Source of the DNA: Azolla caroliniana
Taxonomy: Eukaryota > Plantae > Polypodiophyta
Length of the DNA: 64,000 bases
Assembly: GCA_043228905.1 (NCBI GenBank)
Contig: JBHGNT010000016.1
Span: 16,554,001-16,618,000, forward strand
Direction: 5' to 3'
Below, piece by piece: positions 46,834-58,797 of this stretch. The translations under genes and the position numbers were made by a program. Within the stretch, counting starts at the first letter, position 1; every line of letters begins with the position of its first letter. The notes beneath the pieces were generated by a model. The model searched no databases. It was not told where the DNA came from and worked only from the letters and a program-made list of their open reading frames with translations.

Positions 46834-49800
46834 AAGTTCTATCAACATAAGATCAATTTAGCGACCGATGTGAAACCGATCCAGCAGCGTAGATACCGCA
46901 TGAACCCAAACTACGCGGCTCGCATAAAAGAAGAAATTGACAAACACCTCAAGGCCGGATTCATTCGACTAGTCAAACAAGCTACACGGTTAAGCCCGAT
47001 AGTATTCGTACCAAAGAAAAATGGCAAAATACGTGTATGTGTGGACTACCGGAAATTGAACGTCGTAACCATTACCGACGCATTCCCTTTACCGTTCATC
47101 GACAGTGTACAGGACGTCGTTGCTAGGCATGACATGTACACCTTTTTAGATGGCTTCAGTGGGTACAATCAAGTACGCATGCACCCTGACGACCAAGAGA
47201 AGACGGCGTTTGTCATGGACTAGGGAGTCTATGTCGTTGTCGTCATGATGTCCGGGCTAACGATGGCGCCGGCTACATTTCAACGGACAATCATGGAGAT
47301 TTTTGGGGCATATATTCCAGCCTTCATGCAAGTTTTTTTAGACGATTTTGCGGTATATGGGAGAACAACCGACCATTTTACGCATATACAGTTTTGCCTG
47401 GAGCATTGCCGAACCGCGCGCTTAAGCCTAAATCCCACCAAATGCGCCTTCGGCGTTACCAGCGGGGCTCTCCTCGGCCACATAGTCAGTAAGGAAGGGA
47501 TAGCGGTCAATCCGAACAAAATCTCCACGATTACTCACACAAAAACACCGACAAATGCGAAAGCACTCAGCCGGTTTCTGGGACAAATACGATGGCACAA
47601 TCAGATGATACACTATTTGGCGGACTTCGCCACGCCATTACATGCCGTTGTTCATCAGACTCCTTTCAAATGGAAAGCAACGGAAGAGAAGGCGTATGAT
47701 GTGCTAAAGATAATGCTAACGCAGGCACCTGTTGTATAGCCACCAATTTGGGCAAAGCCTTTCCATGTGTTCATAGATGCCTCGGACATAGCAATAGGTA
47801 GTGTGCTAATGCAGCTTACGGAGCCGAATTGGTACCGACCAATGTACTACGCTAGTCGGAAATTATAAACGGTTGAGCGTAACTATTCCACAACGGAACG
47901 TGAGGTGTTGGGTATGATCTACAACATCAATAAGTTCCGGCATTATCTGTTAGGACGGAAATTCACGTTTCACGTGGATCATTCGGCATTGCTATATTTG
48001 GTAGGAAAACAGGCGTTGATAGGGAAATTGGCTAGATGGATGTTGTTGCTTCAAGAATTCGACTTTGTAATTCAGCATCGACCGGGTACGCAACATGTGG
48101 TGGCAGATTTCTTGAGCAGACTTGATAATGGAGAAACGGCGCAAAAGGATGACGACGACTTTCCGGATGCGGACATTCTACGTGTTGCCACTATAGCAGA
48201 ACAAACGGAAAAGACTTTTCCGGATCAGTGGCTGATGGAAATTACCTACTTCCTAACCACGGGGTTACTGCCACCCCAATTACGGACGGACGAAAAATAA
48301 CAGTTGGCCGTACGGAGTCAAAATTCATGTTTATTCGAGGACATCCTATACCACAAAGGCAGTGACGGCATCTGGAGGTGCGGAATATGGCAGGATGAGA
48401 AGGCCGCATCGCGGTTCTACGCGAAGCCCACTATGGTACGGCGGGAGGACATTACGCGGGCGATGTTACGGCCCGGAAAATCTGGCAAGCGGAACTTTGG
48501 TGACCAACTACGCAAAAGGATGTGTACGAATATTGCAAACAGTGCGATTTATTGCAACGACTGGGCCAACCCATGGAAGTCACGAGAATGCCACACCAAC
48601 CAATGTTACCATTGGATCCTTTCCAAAAGTGGGGACTAGATTTTGTGGGACCCTTTTCCCCAGCAACCTCTCGAGTAGGCAATAAGTATATCCTGGTGGC
48701 CACAGATTACTGTACCAAGTGGGTAGAAGCGAAACCACTACACGAGAATACCGCGGCAGTCACGGCGAAATTCCTTTACGAACACATCTAGTGTCGTTTC
48801 GACTGCCCTATCGAGCTCATTAGTGACCAAGGGAGTCACTTTCTGAATACGATCATCAACGAACTGACCCAACATTACGTTGTGGTTCACAAAAACAGTA
48901 CGTCATATTACCCACAAGCAAATGGCTTGGTAGAATCCACGAACAAAACCCTACAAACTATCCTCAAAAAGATAGTCAATGAGAACGGAACGGATTGGAA
49001 TACCAAATTGCACAACGTGTTATGGGCATACCATACTAGCTATAAGACCAACATACAATCAACGCCTTTCAGGCTAGCATTTGGGCTAGAGGCCGTGATG
49101 CCAGTCGAATTCCAGGTACCCAGTCTGTGGATTCAAGTACGAGCCCGGCTACCAGAGGGCAAATCTAAGCAAATACGGCTACAACAACTGTTGGAGCTAG
49201 GCGAAACACAGTTAGACAGTATGGCCATATTGGAGCAGGAACGACGGTGGCGCAAAGCATTCATGGGCCGACACCGGCATGCACGGGAAAATGATTTTAC
49301 GGTTGGGAAAGCGGTATTAGTTTTCCAAACATGCATGGGGCATATGCCAGGAAAATTAAGATTCCGCCGGACAGGCCCGTACTGGATTGTGGGAGTGGAA
49401 CAAGGTACATTTCAACTTGGCATGTTGGCCGGGGAAGTGTTGCAACAAAAAGTGAATGGGTTTCGCCTTAAACCTTATCTGGGACCTACGCCACCTAACT
49501 TGTTCCCCGCCGGACAGGACAAAGCCGGGAAATCCATGGAGTAAGTATGGGGCTCCATTTGTACTATAGTGTAAAAAGAATATTGTATGTAACCGTTACG
49601 AAAAAAAAGAAAAAAGAAGAAGATAGTGACGTTATTAAAAGGACTTAAGGCATGCACAGACTTCTAGGCCAAGAACATGCGGCACCACGATGGCTCACCG
49701 ACCAATGAACCCTAGGCCACAAAAAGAAGGAAATAGAAGGTTTTCTGCACAGTACAGAAACCAACCTTCTAAATCTCATCACTCACCTCCCTCACCCTCT

Positions 49801-50859
49801 TCTACATCCTATCACAGAGCTCAAGTTCGCCATAACCAACAGTCCTCACCCATTAACCATGAGCCGAACCATCCGACTATGCCGATATCTATTTCTGCCG
49901 CCCTCCATCGATGGCTTGTGGAGAAACGCTTGGATGGATACATCAGAGTCACCGAGGCACCTCCCCACCCTGACGCATAGGACATCGCTAGGAAGCTCAA
50001 TATCGAGACGGTCACCAACACGTCCATCCGGAAAAAGCTGGAAAGGCATTTCGAAATTCCTCCTACGGAAACTTTGCAGAGATATTTCGGGCCATATTCG
50101 GCATCTGCTAAGGCATATAGAACTAAAGAAATTACCGACCCTTTTTTCTGCGAAATAGCCAAGTTTCTGTTAGAGGTTGGATGCGTACATTTAAATGTAT
50201 ATGGGATGCCCAAGCAAAAGGCAAGTATCATCATTGATACCTTTGAAGGGCGCACGGTGTTGGGAGACAGGTCCCTCTGGATGGGAAGGGAGAAGATCAC
50301 TGCCGATACGGTATGAACCGGATGGTGCAGGCCCAGTATGAACCGGATGAGGAGTACTCGGCTACGGAGAGCCGGATGGTACAGGCCTGGTATGAACCGG
50401 ATGAGGAGTACTCGGCTATCGAGAACCGAATGGTGCAGGCCCGGTATGAACCGGATGAGGAGTACTCGGCTACGGAGAGCCGGATGGTACAGGCCCGGTA
50501 TGAACCGGATGAAGAGACATATTCGTAAATATGTTTCTGAGAGCCCATCGAGGCTACTTTTTTGTAAATAGCCGAAAAGTCATATTAGTATAAATGTGAC
50601 TTAGGGCAAACTTTAGAAATAGTTGTTGTTGTTGTCATTCTTCCTTGTTGGTGCAAGAAGAAGAGAGAGTGCGTAATTGTATAGAGAGAGAGAGAGACGA
50701 GGTTGTTGCCTCTGTTGTAACCGCCGCCTGTGGCGAAGAGCGTGAGTCCGAGGTCGTTGCCTCCGTGAACTCACTGTCTTGTACATTCATACATAGTGAC
50801 AGTTTGCAGCCTGTGGGCTGCCGTGGTTTTTCCCTTAGTTTGGGGGTTTTTCCACGTAA

Positions 50860-50959
50860 NNNNNNNNNNNNNNNNNNNNNNNNNNNNNNNNNNNNNNNNN
50901 NNNNNNNNNNNNNNNNNNNNNNNNNNNNNNNNNNNNNNNNNNNNNNNNNNNNNNNNNNN
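50860..50959. other. 100-N assembly gap inside the H 5' LTR, apparently of zero true length
   Basis: Flanks CCACGTAA|ACCTCCTG are contiguous in the 3' LTR. Confidence 0.9.
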
Positions 50960-51106
50960 ACCTCCTGTGTACCATTTCTCTTCTCTGTGTCGTGTTTTAT
51001 TTCCCGTTTTTCTGTGTATGAAAAGAAACTCGGTTGTGGCCGAGCGTTGCGCATAAGGAGCTAGGAGTTCCCGTCAAGTGGTATCAGAGCGAAATCGACA
51101 CAGAAA

Positions 51107-54100
51107 ATGGACGAATCGTTTGGCGGCATGTTCAAGCTCACCGGCTCCAACTATTCAGTGTGGAAGTCGAAGATGAGGGACATGCTCGTGGTTAAAGACC
51201 TCTGGCTGCCGGTTCAGTTCGGGGACAAGAGACCGGACAAAATCAACGCCGCGATATGGGAGGTGATGCACATGAAGACAATGGCGTACATACGGTGCTT
51301 CATCGACATGAGCCTGTACAACAACTTCAATGAAGAGAGCAAGGCTCATGAGCTCTGGAAGAAGATCGACATAATGTTCCAGAACAAAAATGTTGTCAAT
51401 CAGGTGTCGGTATTCCAGAAGCTAGTAAGACTCCGGTACCAAGATGGCTCCAGCATGGCGGAGCACATGAATGCCTTCCAAGGGCTGATACACCAGGCAA
51501 CGTCATTGGAAGTACCTCTTGCCGACGAGGTACTAGCGCTACTCCTGCTCGGTTCCCTCCCGGATAGCTGGGAGACGTTGGTTGTCACTTTGGGCAACGC
51601 CGGGCCGGAAGGAAAACAATTATCCCTAGCAAGAGTAAAGTCGAGCTTGCTAGATGAGGAGGCGCGTCGGAAAGACAAAGACACGAGCTCCGACTCCAAA
51701 GCGCTCCTTACCGAATCGGAACGCGGAAGACATAGAAACCGTAGTCCCCAGAACCGGGAGAAGTCGGGGACACGGTCAAAGTCAAGGGGGAGGCCTACTT
51801 GCTTCTATTGCGGCAAGCCAGGACACTTCCAAAAGAACTGTAGGCATTTCCGTAAAGACAAGGAAACCGACGGTACCGATTCGAAGCAAACCCCGGGCTG
51901 GAACAGAAAAGACCGGAGGGGGCCGGACCGGAAGGGAACGACAGCTATCGCGGCAAGTGAAGAAGAGTTGATGCTCATCACCGAGGAGAGTGAAATAAAC
52001 CTTGCCGGCGACGAGATGACCTGGGTGGTAGACTCCGGAGCATCGTTCCACCTTACCGCGGACCGGAAATGCTTCGCATCCTACTCAGCCGGTGACCACG
52101 GCTGTGTCCGGATGGGGAATGAAGGTACATGTCGAATTGTCGGCATAGGAGACGTGTGGCTAACAACACCAACCAGATGCAAGTTGCTGCTAAAGGATGT
52201 CCGACACGTTCCGGAAGTTCGTCTTAACCTGATATCAGCCGGTCGGCTAGATGATGAAGGCTACACGGGTAGCATCCGGAACGGTGTCATGAAGTTCAAC
52301 AAAGGGAGCCTGATTGTGGCTCGGGCCCGAAAGGTAAACACGTTGTACCTGATGAATGCCCGGTTATGTCCGGAAGAAGTGAACGTGGCATCCGACACTG
52401 CCGGTGAGTTGTGGCACAAGAGGCTGTGTCATATGAGCGAGAAGGGGATGAAGAGGCTTGCAGACGACAACCTCATTCCAGTGAAGAACGTGCACTTAGA
52501 GAAGTGCACTGATTGTCTGGCCGGTAAGCAGAACCCGACCTCCTTCCGACCAAGGCCACCGATGAGACGTAATGCACCACTGGAGTTGGTGCATACGGAT
52601 GTGTGTCAAGTAGACAAGAAGTCACATGCCAGAGCGCAGTACTTCGTGACGTTCATAGATGACCACAGCCGGAAGCTGTGGGCCACACCGCTGAAGACGA
52701 AGGATCAGGCGTTATCCGTCTTCAAAGAGCTCCACGCGAGAGTGGAAAGAGAAACCGGCCGGAAGCTGAAGGCAGTTCGAGCAGACAACGGAGGAGAATA
52801 CCGGGGGCAGTTCGAGGAGTACTGCCGCCCGAAGGGAATCCGGCTCGAATTTACCGTGCCGAAGACGCCGGAACTAAACGGACTAGCCGAGAGGATGAAC
52901 CGGACCATAATGGAGAGGGTCCAGAGTATGCTAGCGCATGCTAAACTACCCAAGAAGTTTTGGGCTGAGGCACTATCGACGGCGACATACGTGATAAATA
53001 GATCACCCTCAGTACCCTTGGACGAAGACACGCCACAGAGAGTGTGGACCGGTAAGGAAGTATCCTACCGGCATCTGAAGGTGTTCGGGTGTCTCGCGTA
53101 CGTGCATGTAGCTAAGGACCGGAGAGGTAAGTTAGATCCAAAGACCCGTCCATGCAAATTCCTCGGTTACGGTGACGATGAGTTCGGCTACCGAGTGTGG
53201 GACCCGGTCGACAAGAAGGTATTCTGGAGTCGAGATATTATCTTCATGGAGGACAAGACGCTCGCCGACTGGGAGTCGGAGAAGAAGATGATGAACTCCG
53301 AGTCGACCGGTAAGGATAGACTCTACAATGAGCAGACCCAACCGGCAAGAGACCGGTTAGCACTCGAGGAACCAGCCGGTTACGGTGAGGATACCGATCC
53401 GGCAGAAGAAGAAGTAGAAGAAGCTGAGACCGAAACCGGTCAAGACCCCGAATCGGATTCGGATGAAGAGCAAATGGAGGAGCCGGTTACCGAAGCCCGA
53501 AGACATAGATATCCTCTCAGAGAGAGAAGGGCCCCTCGGAGATTTCCGGATGCAGAGCATGTTCTGCTGACCGATGAGGGAGTGCCGGAAAGCTTCGAAG
53601 AAGTGAAGGAAGACACCCACAGTAAAAAATGGTTAAGTGCCATGCAGGATGAGATGGATTCCCTGCATGAGAACCATACGTACGAATTGGTGGAGCTGCC
53701 GAAAGGAAAGCGGGCACTCCGAAACAAGTGGGTGTACAAGTTGAAACCGGGAGATGCCGGCAACCCCCCGAGATACAAAGCCAGGATCGTGGTGAAGGGG
53801 TTCCAGCAGAAGAAGGGCGTGGACTTCGACGAGATATTTGCCCCGGTAGTAAAGATGACCTCCATCCGGACGGTGCTGAGTATAGCAGCAAGCATGGACC
53901 TCGAGGTAGAGCAGCTGGACGTGAAGACGGCATTCCTCCACGGCGACCTCGAAGAGGAGATCTACATGAAGCAACCGGAAGGATTTGTGGAGAAAGGGAA
54001 GGAGCACCTGGTATGCCGGTTGAAGAAGAGCCTGTACGGACTAAAGCAGGCTCCCCGGCAATGGTACCGGAAGTTCGACTCCTTCATGACCGATCAAGGG

Positions 54101-55153
54101 TACCACAAGACGCAGGCCGATCACTGCGTGTTTGTGAAGAAGTTCGAAGGAGGGGACTTCCTGATACTCCTCCTGTACGTGGATGACATGTTGATCGTCG
54201 GACGAGACCAAGGCAAAATACGGATGCTGAAGAAGGCTCTCAACCGGACCTTCTCAATGAAAGACTTGGGTCCGGCAAGACAGATGTTGGGGATGCACAT
54301 CATTCGGGACCGGTCAGTGAAGCAATTATGGCTGTCACAGGAGAAGTATGTGACAAAGGTGCTTCACCGGTTGAACATGTCAGAAGCAAAACCGGTCGGA
54401 TCGACACTTCCGGCAAACTGCAAGTTGTCTGGTAACCAAAGCTCGAAGACGAAAGCAGAGAAGGCTAATATGATGAAGATTCCATATGCCTCTGCCGTCG
54501 GGAGCTTGATGTACGCAATGGTCTGTACTCGACCGGACATTGGATACGCAGTCGGAGTGGTGAGCCGGTTTATGAACAATCCCGGCAAAGAGCACTGGAA
54601 CGCGGTCAAGTGGATACTCCGGTATTTGAAGGGCACTTCCAATATGTGTCTCCGATTCGGCTAAGGAAAACCTCAACTGGACGGTTTCACCGATTCGGAC
54701 ATGTCGGCTGATGTGGATACCTGCCGGTATACATCCAGGTATGTGTTGACATATGCAGGGGGAGCTGTTTCGTGGCAATCGAGGCCGCAGAAGACAATTG
54801 CATTGTCAACCACAGAGGCGGAGTACATGGTGGCTGTGGAAGCCGGCAAGGAAATTTTATGGATGAAGGACTTCATCGGAGAGCTCGGTATACGGCAAGA
54901 GGAATACCGACTCTACTGCGACAGTCAAAGTGCCATCCACCTTGCTAAAAATGCAGCCTACCATTCCCGGACAAAGCATATCCAGCGGAGGTATCACTGG
55001 ATCCGGGAAAGAGTAGATGACCAGGAGTTCGCACTGACGAAGATCCACACGGCCGAGAACGGGTCAGATATGCTGACCAAAGTGCTGACACCCGACAAGC
55101 TGGATGCATGCCGGAAGAGAATCGAACTGGTAAGACACCCCATGCCGGAGTGA
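51107..55153 (+). CDS. pol: H Gag-PR-INT-RT-RH polyprotein; single in-frame TAA at 54662 before RNase H
   Basis: 1185-aa ORF (CFYCGKPGHFQKNC, VDSGAS, HTDVC, YVDDML) plus same-frame 54701-55153 (STTEAEY, HIQRRYHW). Confidence 0.95.
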
Positions 55154-55220
55154 AGGGGGAGTTTTTTGGGAGACAGGTCCCTCCGGATGGGAAGGGAGAA
55201 GATCAGTGCCGATACGGTAT

Positions 55221-55525
55221 GAACCGGATGGTGCAGGCCCGGAATGAACCGGATGAGGAGTACTCGGCTACGGAGAGCCGGATGGTACAGGCCCGGTATG
55301 AACCGGATGAGGAGTACTCGGCTACGAAGAACCGGATGGTGCAGGCCCGGTATGAACCGGATGAGGAGTACTCGGCTACGGAGAGCCGGATGGTGCAGGC
55401 ATGGTATGAACCGGATGAGGAGTACTCGGCTACGGAGAGCCGAATGGTACAGGCCCGGTATGAACCGAATGAGGAGTACTCGGCTACGGAGAGCCGGATG
55501 GTATAGGCCCGGTATGAACCGGATG
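55221..55525 (+). repeat. 54-bp tandem array in U3 of the H LTRs (5+ units here, 3+ units at ~50315-50512)
   Basis: Unit GAACCGGATGAGGAGTACTCGGCTACGGAGAGCCGGATGGTACAGGCCCGGTAT. Confidence 0.92.
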
Positions 55526-58315
55526 AAGAGACATATTCGTAAATATGTTTCTGAGAGCCCATCGAGGCTACTTTTTTGTAAATAGCCGAAAAGTCATATT
55601 AGTACAAATGTGACTTAGGGCAAACTTTTAGAAATAGTTGTTGTTGTTGTCATTCTTCCTTGTTGGTGCAAGAAGAAGAGAGAGTGCGTAACTGTACAGA
55701 GAGAGAGAGACGAGGTCGTTGCCTCTGTTGTAACCGTCGCCTATGGCGAAGAGCATGAGTCCGAAGTCGTTGCCTCCGTGAACTCACTGTCTTGTACATT
55801 CATACATAGTGACAGTTTGCAGCCTATGGGCTGCCGTGGTTTTTCCCTTAGTTTGGGGGTTTTTCCACGTAAACCTCCTGTGTACCATTTCTCTTCTCTG
55901 TGTCGTGTTTTATTTCCCGTTTTTCTATGTATGAAAAGAAACTCGGTTGTGGTCGAGCGTTGCGCATAAGGAGCTAGGAGTTCCCGTCACACGGTCGATT
56001 GGGGCGTCATTATGGGACCGGCGTTACGTGAAGGCTTGCACGCATATCAAGGCGGAAAAAAGCTAAGGCCTATCATACAACAGTATCTGACGATACTATT
56101 CCCACCTTGAGGTCTGCCGGCACCACAGCTCAGCAAACCCACACCGCCGCCACACTCCACGAAGCGAAGGTTAGTGGAGTTGGCCAACACAAAGTGGGAG
56201 GATGAACCCCAATCCGCCCAGCCCAACACGCGAACAACACAGGAAGAGCAGGCGGAGCGCAGCGAGGAAGCTGCACAGGAGCCAGAAGCCGAGCCAAGTC
56301 AAGGGACCCTAGGCCGAAACGCCAATGGCTGGACAAGAAAGATGGGCACGGATTAGTTAAAGACACACTCACGGCCACAGAGACGACAACCGTGGTCAAC
56401 AGCCTCGTAACTACGGAGCCCAACACCACCTTCGAAATAATCCGGGAACCATGGCCGATCATTACAGCCCAGTCAAAGTGGGGGAAGGGCGTATTTACGA
56501 TGGAAAGCGAGGTCCTGGCATATCCGGACATTCCGGACACAGCCCATGAGTTCGACGCACTATTACAGTTCGGAACCACTTTTGAACTCATGGAATTTTT
56601 GGCATCACAACAAATAAAAGTCTCACAATGAATGGTCGAAGAACACGCAGAGCGCCAAATGATTGAGCGCACGCTAACACAAACGGCGGAAAGCGATGAT
56701 GAGGAGCAGTTAGCTAGAGTCGGCAGACAGCGGAATGCCAATATACGCCGAATGGGGATGGAACTACCCCCATTAAACGCGGCCCTTGTCGAAGTTCATA
56801 GGGAACTGGCGAAGGTCAGTATGGGCGCCAAGGATATGGTGATTAAAAACAAAAATGTGTGGAAGACTGTTAAATGGACCCAAGTCGAGTTACAAAAGGC
56901 CAACGCACGCATTGCGGAGTTGGAACGTAACGCAACTACGGCACAGTAGGCAGCTGAACCAACAGTCAACGCTGTCGAGACCTTGAGAGAAGAAATTGAG
57001 GCCCAGACCACCATTGCCTCAAAAGAAAAACGGGTCGTGCAACTGGCGGAATCAGAGATTGACGATCTCAGCTCCAAACTTCACCAGTCCTCGGATGGAG
57101 AAAAGGATATCCGGGCCAACGGCCAAAAGGTAGTGAGGACCCTTGAAGAGAAACTCGCAGCGGAGGCAGCACAGCACACTCGGACGAAGGAAGAAAACAC
57201 CCAATTACGAGAGGAAACGAAAAAATCGAAAGCAGCGATTGTGGGACTCTAGGCCTTATTGGAGAAGAAGAAAGTATGGTTTGACGAGCAGCTTCTAGGG
57301 GAACAAGAGAGAAGGCACCAGCTCGAAATCCACCTGAACAATGAAATGGGAAAGCTGGAAGAATTACATTCAAAGAAATCTCAGCTATGGGCAGGAATGA
57401 GGAGCACTTATGAAGAAGCGACGGCGGTTAGTAAACAAGAAATCGAAAACCTCAAGAAAACCGTAGAAGAAGCATGCAACCGTTGCCAAGCAATAACCGA
57501 CGATGTGCACATACTTCTTCAAACAAATCGGGAGAGATTTACGGTGCAATTAAAACCGGTGCTAGACAAAGGCTGGATGGCGTGGGCCGCACAAGCGGCG
57601 GAATTGCATACATACCGGACGGACTGGGAGAACTGAAGGAAAGATGGCCGAGGGTTCTACAAACTCAATGAAGAAAGCATTGCGGCCGTACGCGAGGACC
57701 TAGCGCAGGACTATCGCACGCTAGCGGACCAACACTCTGAGGAACTCGCGTAGCTACTAGACGATTTTGGCGAAAGTCAGGAGGACCTATTTCACCAGAT
57801 CGTGCAAGCCGGAAGCACGCGAACAAAAGAGGAATCCATCGCGATACCAATCCCCGATACTGTCGACCAAGAGGAACCTCAACCCATGTCATCGAAAATA
57901 ACCACTCCAGTGGACAGCATGGAACGGCAAGTGGAGCCCCCCGCGATACTAGAAAGCGAAACCACCATCCAATAGGAACCCCAGCCCCATTCACCAGGGC
58001 GTACGACTACGGCCGACACCTCAAAGGAAGTTACGGACGAGACAGAACCTCGACCTACCGCAAGCCCGCCGACGCCGGAACCAACCACAATAGCACAAGA
58101 TGAGCCCGCAGAGCCCGGACCGCCCACACAAGAAACCAACGACACCAGGGGAAGTCCTACCCATCAAGTAATGGAACCACGCAACGACGCGCCTACGGAC
58201 ATACGCTATCCCCGAACCCGGACACCCGAGCAGAACCAAACATCAGGGACATTTTGGAGGAAGATTAAAGGGGTGGGTCTGACGTGCCATGGCACTGTCC
58301 CACAGGCGTGCCAGG

Positions 58316-58797
58316 TGTTGTCCGCCGGAATAGTAACCGACGGACAGGGAGCGCAGAAATATAGAATATAGTATAAACCTAACGCATGTAAACGGTTCAC
58401 GCGGGAAGCGTGAACAGCTAAAAGACCATGTGTATATAAAGGGCAGAAATCCTCTGATACAGGTAGCGTGTAAATTTTGGTGCATAGAGCGTATCTTAAT
58501 AGAGTTTTATCTTCTTTGATCACTTGCGCAAATCTATGGTTAATCTACTGTGTGTCTGTGATTCTTGGTGGCGTACTGTAAGCACTATAATCGTAAGAAA
58601 CGTAGGCGTGAGTGCGAGTGTTGTGACTAGAGCACTGTCTAGGGAGTTCGGTTGTAGTCATCTCTCTTATACGCTACTAGGATATGGAGAGTTATCTCGT
58701 TACGTATTACGGTATGACGGTACCATTCGTGGCAACGCAGTCACCTTGAGGTCTAGGTCAAAGGACTGACTGAAGACCGTGTTCCTAATCGGTAACA
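58316..58797 (+). repeat. J 3' LTR (482 bp)
   Basis: TGTTG..TAACA, TATATAAA near 58433; 3' ~318 bp repeats 38410-38727. The 5' boundary is inferred by homology to the X/B junction. Confidence 0.8.

Larger units (their letters stand above)
38780..49544 (+). pseudogene. pol: J gag-pol (split by X), many stops
   Basis: VIDGGSVVN, DPKF|YQHKINL rejoined across [33 protein letters not shown]. Confidence 0.92.
50258..55989 (+). mobile_element. Element H: near-intact Tnt1-like Ty1/Copia
   Basis: LTRs 50258-51076 and 55164-55989, TSD CACGG at 50253-50257 and 55990-55994, PBS TGGTATCAGAGC at 51079, PPT GAAGGGGGAG 55152-55161. Confidence 0.97.
38409..58797 (+). mobile_element. Element J: degenerate non-chromovirus Ty3/Gypsy (B lineage) with 3' extra ORFs, interrupted by X and H
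   Basis: 5' LTR remnant 38409-38727, PBS TGGCACGC at 38732, gag-PR to 41437, RT-RH-INT 46834-49544, extra ORF region 49879-50257 plus 55990 to ~58200, 3' LTR 58316-58797. Confidence 0.92.

Noticed and set aside
54662-54664. Programmed stop read-through in H before RNase H
   Set aside because: The related element I has a sense codon here (RYGVGKP), so a point mutation is the simpler explanation.
55221-55525. Regular repeats resembling a CRISPR array (also ~23760-24040 and ~50315-50512)
   Set aside because: Head-to-tail 54-bp units with no unique spacers, inside LTRs, with no cas genes.
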